From Candidatus Heimdallarchaeota archaeon (GTDB taxonomy: Archaea; Asgardarchaeota; Heimdallarchaeia; JABLTI01): 19,901 nucleotides of DNA. Made by a program: the position numbers and the translations under genes. Where the stretch lies: positions 1 to 19,901 of the forward strand of contig JAHLVW010000075.1 of the NCBI GenBank assembly GCA_019058275.1, read 5' to 3'. Positions within the stretch are counted from its first letter, which is position 1. Each line of letters opens with the position of its first letter. The notes under the pieces are model-generated. The model made no database searches, was not told the DNA's origin, and saw only the letters and a program-made list of their open reading frames with translations. This document shows positions 13,442-19,901 of this stretch, one piece after another.

Positions 13442-14503
13442 CTATGAAGATTCAGATTCTTGATAGATTAATTCAGTAGTGTCGTCATGAGAATTTAGAA
13501 TAATAACTTTTTCCACTTTACCATCACTCGAAAGTATGAACCTTACAGCTTTTAGATACTCACCTTCAAATTCTGTTTCATTGTAAGGAGTAAAGGGTTC
13601 TTCGTAATCGCCAATTTTAGCAAATAGCTGATCCTCTTTGAAAATGATTTCAACCACAGATTTATCCTTTGTATAGGTACCTACTAGCTTAGATAGATCT
13701 TCGGATTTAACTTTAGCTTGAGGGTTCTTGAAAAATTCAGTTACTTTCTTCTCTTTAGGATACTTGCCTACAGGATGAACAAGAACGACGAACTCATCTT
13801 TAGTATCAAGCTCAAGTAGCTTGTCGACTTTATTCTGTTCGTAATAACCAATAGCACAAGTTCCTAGTTTTATTGCTTCGCAAGCCATGTAGAGACTTTG
13901 ACAAAGCAATCCGAGATCAATAGCAATGAATTTGTGAGCAAGTACGGTATAACGCCACTCAGTTCTATAAGGAACAGCAGTCCAATAAAAAATAACAGGT
14001 GCTTTTCCAACAAATTTCTGATTATAGGATAACTCACCAATAGTTTTCTCTACATCTTTTATTTCTTTGATGAAGAGTAACTTATGACTGAAAGAGATGT
14101 AGCGATATAAACCCGGATCAAGACCTTTAACTCGGTTAATCACAAGATACGTTTCAAAAGGACTTTTAGCACCAGAAGAAGGAACAGTTCTTCTAACACC
14201 AAGACCAGATTTTAATTCCTTTTTCAAGCCTTGTGTGCACCAAAGCAAGAAGGAAAGTTCTTCAAGAGTAAGGAGGTCATCGGTGTATTTTCTTCTACTT
14301 TTCCGGTTATTAACAATATTCAATAAAGGAGTTTTCCCTATCTTGAAATCCTCAGGAGAGACTAAATCAATGAGAATAGCATCTTTGGGATAAGGTCTTT
14401 CAAAAGGTGGAGGAGGAATCTTCTTTTGTTCATCAGATTCTGGAACTTCTTTCTCATAATCTTCGTTATCGAAGAATTGCAAAAATTTTCTATTTTCTTT
14501 CAT
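13442..14503 (-). CDS. SagB/ThcOx-family FMN nitroreductase-like dehydrogenase with extra C-terminal domain
   Basis: RKSRRKY, LSFLLW..QG, RTVPSSGA, GLDPGLYRY, RTEWRY, DLG..CQSLY and LGTCAIG motifs; ~100-aa C-terminal extension starting LSKLVGTY. Confidence 0.88.
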   Translation of the reverse strand: MKENRKFLQFFDNEDYEKEVPESDEQKKIPPPPFERPYPKDAILIDLVSPEDFKIGKTPLLNIVNNRKSRRKYTDDLLTLEELSFLLWCTQGLKKELKSGLGVRRTVPSSGAKSPFETYLVINRVKGLDPGLYRYISFSHKLLFIKEIKDVEKTIGELSYNQKFVGKAPVIFYWTAVPYRTEWRYTVLAHKFIAIDLGLLCQSLYMACEAIKLGTCAIGYYEQNKVDKLLELDTKDEFVVLVHPVGKYPKEKKVTEFFKNPQAKVKSEDLSKLVGTYTKDKSVVEIIFKEDQLFAKIGDYEEPFTPYNETEFEGEYLKAVRFILSSDGKVEKVIILNSHDDTTELIYQESESS

Positions 14504-14625
14504 AATAGCTTAACAACAAACAATCACTATTAATTTTCTTAGAAATCTAGAAGATAAGAGGTAAAAAAGAAGGAAATAAATATTCTGTTGATAAAAATAT
14601 AACTAGCAAAAAGGCTAATTTATTG

Positions 14626-15363
14626 TCAGTATTTTGATGGATTATTGTATTCTATAGTTTCAATGGGAAATTTCGCATAACTAAAATCACCTGATTTAAG
14701 GTTCCACTCCACTTCCATATAGAAAGGTATCTTCATACCATTAATTTCTCTATAATCTTTATAGTAGCCTGTCCAATCTTCTAAAGTATCATCTTTGTAT
14801 CTTCTTGCCTTGAAATGAGTAATTTGTCCCAATTCATTGAAGTAGTAAGTTCCACTAATTGTTTGATTATAATCTGTGAAAATAATCTTAGCTGAATTTT
14901 CATCTATAGGTTCCCATCTTAGTTTATCTGAAGGTAATAGTGCTGTTGGAAAGATTGGTGTTTCAGCTAACCAACGTAGTAGTTCACCTTGATCAATTTC
15001 CTTGCCTTTAGCATCAACGACCTTAAACAATGATAGTAATTTAATCACAAGATTTCCTTTACCTTTAATGTACATATCTTTCGCTGAAATAAAAGGAACT
15101 TTTGCATGCCAGTAAAAACCAGGTTGTTCAGTGGTAAAATACTCTTTTCCTTTGATAGGCATCCATTTTTCAGTTGGTCTAAATTGACCTCTGTGTTTTA
15201 ATCTAATATAACTAATGTATGACTGGTTCTCTTGCAGTGTGTAACTGAAATATCTCTTCACAGGATTGGGTAGATCCTTAATCTGCTCAGAAGAGTAGGT
15301 CTTATCCGAGATATTTTTTGATGCTGAAAATAAGTCTTTAATCTGTTTTTTTGGTTTTGCCAT
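14626..15363 (-). CDS. Conserved hypothetical protein, DUF6544-like
   Basis: LPNPVKRYF, H.GQFR, GELLRWLAE..FPTALLPS, WEPID and F.A.RY patterns. The family assignment is from memory and not verified by search. Confidence 0.7.
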   Translation of the reverse strand: MAKPKKQIKDLFSASKNISDKTYSSEQIKDLPNPVKRYFSYTLQENQSYISYIRLKHRGQFRPTEKWMPIKGKEYFTTEQPGFYWHAKVPFISAKDMYIKGKGNLVIKLLSLFKVVDAKGKEIDQGELLRWLAETPIFPTALLPSDKLRWEPIDENSAKIIFTDYNQTISGTYYFNELGQITHFKARRYKDDTLEDWTGYYKDYREINGMKIPFYMEVEWNLKSGDFSYAKFPIETIEYNNPSKY

Positions 15364-15555
15364 AATTGTATCAAGAAATTATAAGGTTCAAATCATCAAT
15401 AAAATCATTGCTATGTATTTCATTATTAATTGTAATAAAAATTCTAATCCTTTTCTTATTTCTAAAAATAGACCTTTTCAAAAATGTCGCAAATAGATGT
15501 TAATAAAGGATATGTGTTCAATGAAGTTACGTTGAAAAAAGTATACGTATGAATA

Positions 15556-17829
15556 CTATATTGTTTCAAACGCATTCCTTAATCTTTCAGCGATATTTCG
15601 TTTTAATATTAAAGTAGTAGTTACTAAAACTGTAAGCAGAGATGCTCCTAGCACTATAAATGATCTTGAAAGCATAGTGTCTGGAACTGGAATAGTATTT
15701 AGGGGAGAAATTAAATTCCTGAAAGTGAATGCAAACAAGTCAGAAAGTTGAATGGCTATAGGTATACTAAGAGAAATACCAAGCGATGAAAATAAAAGAA
15801 TTTTCAGAAATTCATTCAAAAGAATAGTCCAATTAGAGAATCCTAATGTTTTCAAAATTACGAACTCCCATTCTCGTTCCATTGTTGATAGTAAAACAAT
15901 AATTCCTACAAGCATTATAGTTAATATTATTGTCAAGAAATCCATGGGATAAGTCATTGCAGTATATTCAGTCATTAGTTGTAGCCAACCTTCACGATAA
16001 TCATTTTTTAAGACCCAAGACTTGACAAATGGCATGTTTTTGAGGGACTCTTCTATTTGTAGGATTTGATCAGTATCTACTTTCAAGTATAGACCTGTGA
16101 AGTTTACAAGATTAGTAAGAATATACCCTTCAGAGGAACTAAATTCATGTAAGATAGCTGAGATGTTGATTTCCCTTCTCCCAGAAGGAGTTGCTAGTGA
16201 AACAGTGTCATTGATAGAAAGACCTAAGCGATAGACAACATCACCTGAAAGAATCACATTATCAGTTATAACAGCTCCTTCGGTAGATGAAAATTTACGC
16301 ATTGTTGTGTTTTCTATTAGTTGATTTAACTGTATAACTATGCTCTTGTTTTCATAGCTAATCTCAGCACCACTTCCTAAGTATGGTTCAGCACTAAGAA
16401 TATGAGGAGTTCCTGTAAAAACAGGAATAATAGAATTATTCTGTAGAGTATTAAAACTAACTTTAATATCCCACATTTCATACTCATCGAATCGCTGGTT
16501 TATTCCTTCATTAAAAGTGTTCATAGATAATGCAAAAGACATTCCAAGAGATAACAGCATAGCAATAGCAATAACTGTGCTGATACTTCTAGCTTTATGA
16601 CCAAAAATATCCCTAAGAAAAAGCTTTCTGGTAACTGAAATAGAGGATTTGTTTAATATCCGAGCACTTTTTTTAGAGGTAATATAAGATTTCATTGCAA
16701 TAACTGGTGTTAATGAGGATGCATGAAAGGCAGGGAAAAAAGCTCCAATAATTGTGAAAACCACTGCGAAAATAACTCCATAACCAAAATAGGCAAAATG
16801 TAGGTTATAGGTTATGAATTGGCTTGGAATACCAAGGATATTATTACCCCAGTAGTTCATAATAAGTGAGAGAAATCCATAAGCTAGTGGAATTGACAAA
16901 AGAATGCCAATAGAAGAAGCAATACTAGCGAAGAGGAGATAATAGAAGAAAATAGATCGTTTTGTGAAACCCATTGCTCTAAGGATACCAATTTCTTGGC
17001 GCTTCTTTTCAACTAGTCTTGCTAAAACTACAAAGATGATAAAGGCAGAGATAGCAAGAAGGATAATAGTAAAAATATTAGCTAAGGAACTAACTGCTTT
17101 CAAGTCTTCTCTAAAAGCAAGATAAATGAAGGATTGATTGACTTGCTTAACTACAGCGCTTATTCCTTGAGCAGTGAAAAATGATTCGAGATCAGAAACA
17201 ACAGCACTAATTTTACTCATGTCTGATACTTTGCAGTAGAAGGTATTTACAAAAGGAATAATGGTTTCTTCGCAAACAAAAAAAATCCCAAAATCTAATT
17301 CAACTGATCCTTCAGGAGAAATTAAGTAAATATATTCTGGGGAAAAACAAATACCACTTACATTAAAAGTGGTAGCATTACCAAAAATGTAAAGAGCAAG
17401 CTCTTGACCGATTTCTATGTTATGCTGGCTAGCATAATGATGCTCAACAACAATAGCATTAGTTGCATTAAGATCATCTCCTGAAAGAATTTCATAGTTA
17501 TTAACTCGAACACCAATAGGAACACTAGTAACTACCCCTCTAATTCTTGTTGCATTATCATAGGAATAACATTCAGTCATAAAACCTGCAGAAACCTCGG
17601 AAATGCCTGGGAAAAGCTCAAGATCAGATGAATAATCAATAGTTGGCATTGTTGAGATAATAATATCTGCTGAGTTAAGATCATCATTAGCAGATTCAAG
17701 GACCGTTAAACCGGAATCATAAACACTCCGGAAAGAAGAATAAAATGCTGTACTGAGAGCAATAAGAATGACAATGGCAATTACCCAACCAAGATGAGAC
17801 TTTAGATCACGGAGTAATCGCTTAATCAA
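15556..17829 (-). CDS. ABC transporter permease, FtsX/MacB-like (duplicated)
   Basis: Two repeats of TM, extracytoplasmic domain and 3 TM, with RQEIGILRAMGF and REWEFVILKTLGF motifs. Overlaps the ATPase stop by 4 nt. Confidence 0.9.
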   Translation of the reverse strand: MIKRLLRDLKSHLGWVIAIVILIALSTAFYSSFRSVYDSGLTVLESANDDLNSADIIISTMPTIDYSSDLELFPGISEVSAGFMTECYSYDNATRIRGVVTSVPIGVRVNNYEILSGDDLNATNAIVVEHHYASQHNIEIGQELALYIFGNATTFNVSGICFSPEYIYLISPEGSVELDFGIFFVCEETIIPFVNTFYCKVSDMSKISAVVSDLESFFTAQGISAVVKQVNQSFIYLAFREDLKAVSSLANIFTIILLAISAFIIFVVLARLVEKKRQEIGILRAMGFTKRSIFFYYLLFASIASSIGILLSIPLAYGFLSLIMNYWGNNILGIPSQFITYNLHFAYFGYGVIFAVVFTIIGAFFPAFHASSLTPVIAMKSYITSKKSARILNKSSISVTRKLFLRDIFGHKARSISTVIAIAMLLSLGMSFALSMNTFNEGINQRFDEYEMWDIKVSFNTLQNNSIIPVFTGTPHILSAEPYLGSGAEISYENKSIVIQLNQLIENTTMRKFSSTEGAVITDNVILSGDVVYRLGLSINDTVSLATPSGRREINISAILHEFSSSEGYILTNLVNFTGLYLKVDTDQILQIEESLKNMPFVKSWVLKNDYREGWLQLMTEYTAMTYPMDFLTIILTIMLVGIIVLLSTMEREWEFVILKTLGFSNWTILLNEFLKILLFSSLGISLSIPIAIQLSDLFAFTFRNLISPLNTIPVPDTMLSRSFIVLGASLLTVLVTTTLILKRNIAERLRNAFETI

Positions 17830-18536
17830 CCAATCTCCCCCGCAAGAGATGATTCAGTTGTGTTTTTAGTGTCGTCAATAATTTCACCATCTCTCAAAGT
17901 AATAACTCGTTCAGCCATCTTCATAAATGTTAAATCATGAGTAACAAAGATAGTTGTCATATCAAGTTTTTTCGCAGCACTATATAAAACAGAAATGACT
18001 TTTTCACCACTTTTTGTATCGAGGTTACCAGTTGGTTCATCGGCTAATAAAATAGAAGGATTTTTAGCTAAAGCGCGAGCAATCGCTACTCGTTGCTGTT
18101 CGCCACCAGATAATTCAGAAGGAAAACGATTCTTTAATTCTACAAGAGAGACTAAATCAAGGAAACGAGCAGCTTCCTCTCGAGCAGTTTCACCAGTTAT
18201 TTTACGAAATTTTAAAGAAAGTTCAACATTTTCAGAAGCAGTGAGAGTGGAAATAAGATTGAAGAATTGGAAGACAAAACCCACATTATATCTTCGAAAC
18301 ATGGTGAGTGATCTGTCATTGAAAGCAGAAAGATCCTTTCCACCAACTATAACTTTCCCTTTTGTTGGAACATCTATCCCACCAATAAGATTTAATAAAG
18401 TACTCTTACCACAACCAGAAGGACCAACAACAACAACAAACTCACCTTTAGCAATTACAAGATTAAGGTCTTTTAATCCGTAAACTTCTTCCTCACCAGA
18501 TTTGTATATTTTAGTTAATCCTCTTAGATCAATCAT
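17826..18536 (-). CDS. ABC transporter ATP-binding protein, LolD/MacB-like
   Basis: Walker A GPSGCGKST, GFVFQFFNL, LSGGEQQRVAIARAL, ADEPTGNLD and VTHD. ATG 18536 is preferred over TTG 18545. Confidence 0.95.
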   Translation of the reverse strand: MIDLRGLTKIYKSGEEEVYGLKDLNLVIAKGEFVVVVGPSGCGKSTLLNLIGGIDVPTKGKVIVGGKDLSAFNDRSLTMFRRYNVGFVFQFFNLISTLTASENVELSLKFRKITGETAREEAARFLDLVSLVELKNRFPSELSGGEQQRVAIARALAKNPSILLADEPTGNLDTKSGEKVISVLYSAAKKLDMTTIFVTHDLTFMKMAERVITLRDGEIIDDTKNTTESSLAGEIG

Positions 18537-18906
18537 AAATATCAATTTCTTAGTTTTTAAGCCTTAAAATATAATATTCGAAGTTTAATAAATATAGTTT
18601 GGAATTGAAGAAAGAAGGTTATACAACAAAGTACAGAGCAGTTCAACAATTCTTACTCTTTCGCAAGGTATTGAGCAATGACAGCAAAAAATATGATTCA
18701 CAAAGTGATAATAAAAGCAATACGAAATAATTGATTATTAAATTTCGCTGCTCTTTTTTATGAAAAAATAGTGAGATTAAGATTTAAAGGAGAGATATTT
18801 AAAATTTATTTATCGGGATAAGATTTATTGGTTAATGTGTGTACTAAAACCAAGTGTTGCAAAGCAACAAAATTACTAGCTATGGAAACTATATGGTGTA
18901 AATTCT

Positions 18907-19794
18907 ATGTCTAAAGTAACTATCGTTACAGATGGTCTTTCCGAGTTGACTAAGGACCAAGTTGAAGAATATAATGTGGTGACTATCCCTTACAGGATTA
19001 TTTTTGGAGATGAAGTATATTATATCAAGAATAATACTGAAGGGGAATTAACAACACAGGAATTCTGTGAAAAATTAAAAACAGTAAATAAAGAAACTTT
19101 TCCAAGAACGTCTGTTCCATCACCGGGTGATTTAGTAAAAGCGTATGATGAAGCGTTTAAGAAATTAGATAGTGTGATTGCCTTCACTATCACCTCCGGC
19201 ATGTCTGGGACATATCAAGCAGCGAAGGGAGTAGTAGCTAATGGCTACCAAGATAAAGATATCACAGTCTTTGATTCCTTACATACCATGACTGGAATTG
19301 GGAGTCAAGCAATTGAAGCAGCTAAAATGGCTTACAAAGGGGAAAGTAAAGAACAAATCCTCAAAAGGCTTGAAGCAATCAGACCAAAAACAAGATACAT
19401 ACTCGCAATGAGAGATTTGGATTTCCTGGAAAAGCAAGGGCGACTTGGACCAATTGAAAAAATCTGAGATAAAAATCCAGAGGTCATTCCAGTGATTCAT
19501 GAAGTAGATGGTATCTTGCAACCACTATCAATGTTCAACAATGAACAAAACCTCATTGATAGAATGAGTGCTTTTGCGAAGAAGATATGTGAAGTAACTG
19601 AAACAGATGATATCTTTCTAAGTCATATAAATAACCAGAAAGCAGGCGATGTCATATACAAAGTATTAATGGAAAATAAAAAAGAGAGCACAGAAATACA
19701 CTATCATGAAGCATGTCCAATTCTAGGAGCTTATTCTGGACCTGATAGTATTTCTCTTAGTTATGTTGGAGGTTTTGAAAAAGATTGGTTATGA
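18907..19794 (+). pseudogene. degV: Full-length DegV/FakB paralog interrupted by one in-frame TGA (19465-19467)
   Basis: ORFs 18907..19467 and 19492..19794 share a frame. Read through, they give a 295-codon DegV (VTDG, PRTSVP, SGMSGTY, DS, QGRL, IPVI, ILGAYSGP) colinear with 9184..10074. Confidence 0.8.
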
Positions 19795-19801
19795 GTGAAT
19801 C

Positions 19802-19860
19802 AATAACCATTATTACCAAAAGAAGAGAAAGGAAATCTCTTCTAGGTTATTTTTTCTTTT
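19802..19860 (+). terminator. Hairpin plus T-tract terminator
   Basis: AGAAGAGA(19821-19828)/TCTCTTCT(19836-19843), outer AATAACC/GGTTATT, followed by a T-rich run. Confidence 0.65.
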
Positions 19861-19901
19861 GCAAAATACTGAGCTATTACAGCAAGTAAAGCTAAACTTG
19901 G

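Noticed and set aside
9904-19521. ORFs 9904..10158, 11009..11200, 12717..13061, 15752..15952, 17995..18483, 19020..19202 and 19279..19521
   Set aside because: All overlap better-supported genes on the opposite strand.
19790-19860. SECIS element supporting Sec at the DegV TGA
   Set aside because: The hairpin looks like an ordinary terminator, with no convincing SECIS core, and DegV has no catalytic Cys at that position.

Overview
AT-rich prokaryotic chromosomal window, most likely from an archaeon and possibly an Asgard/Heimdallarchaeia lineage. That assignment is my inference from GAGGTG/GGAGG Shine-Dalgarno sites, TATA-like boxes, T-tract terminators and gene style; no marker gene is present. 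The backbone is rich in lipid/acyl and head-group genes: a stand-alone 2-oxoacid-dehydrogenase E2-type acyltransferase, an IPCT-like cytidylyltransferase with a CDP-alcohol phosphotransferase, three DegV/FakB paralogs (one intact, one truncated, one with an in-frame TGA) and a divergent PlsY. It also carries a Cys-rich zinc-ribbon membrane protein, a 7-blade FG-GAP-like surface protein, a SagB-type nitroreductase, a DUF6544-like protein and a MacB/LolCDE-type ABC transporter. An accessory block at ~4650-8420 holds an orphan TnpB with a rearranged (Fanzor-type) RuvC site and an overlapping omegaRNA. Divergent from it is a free-standing HTH-LAGLIDADG nuclease, followed by a ~200-nt nested-stem non-coding element and three 20-bp repeats at an exact 42-bp period.
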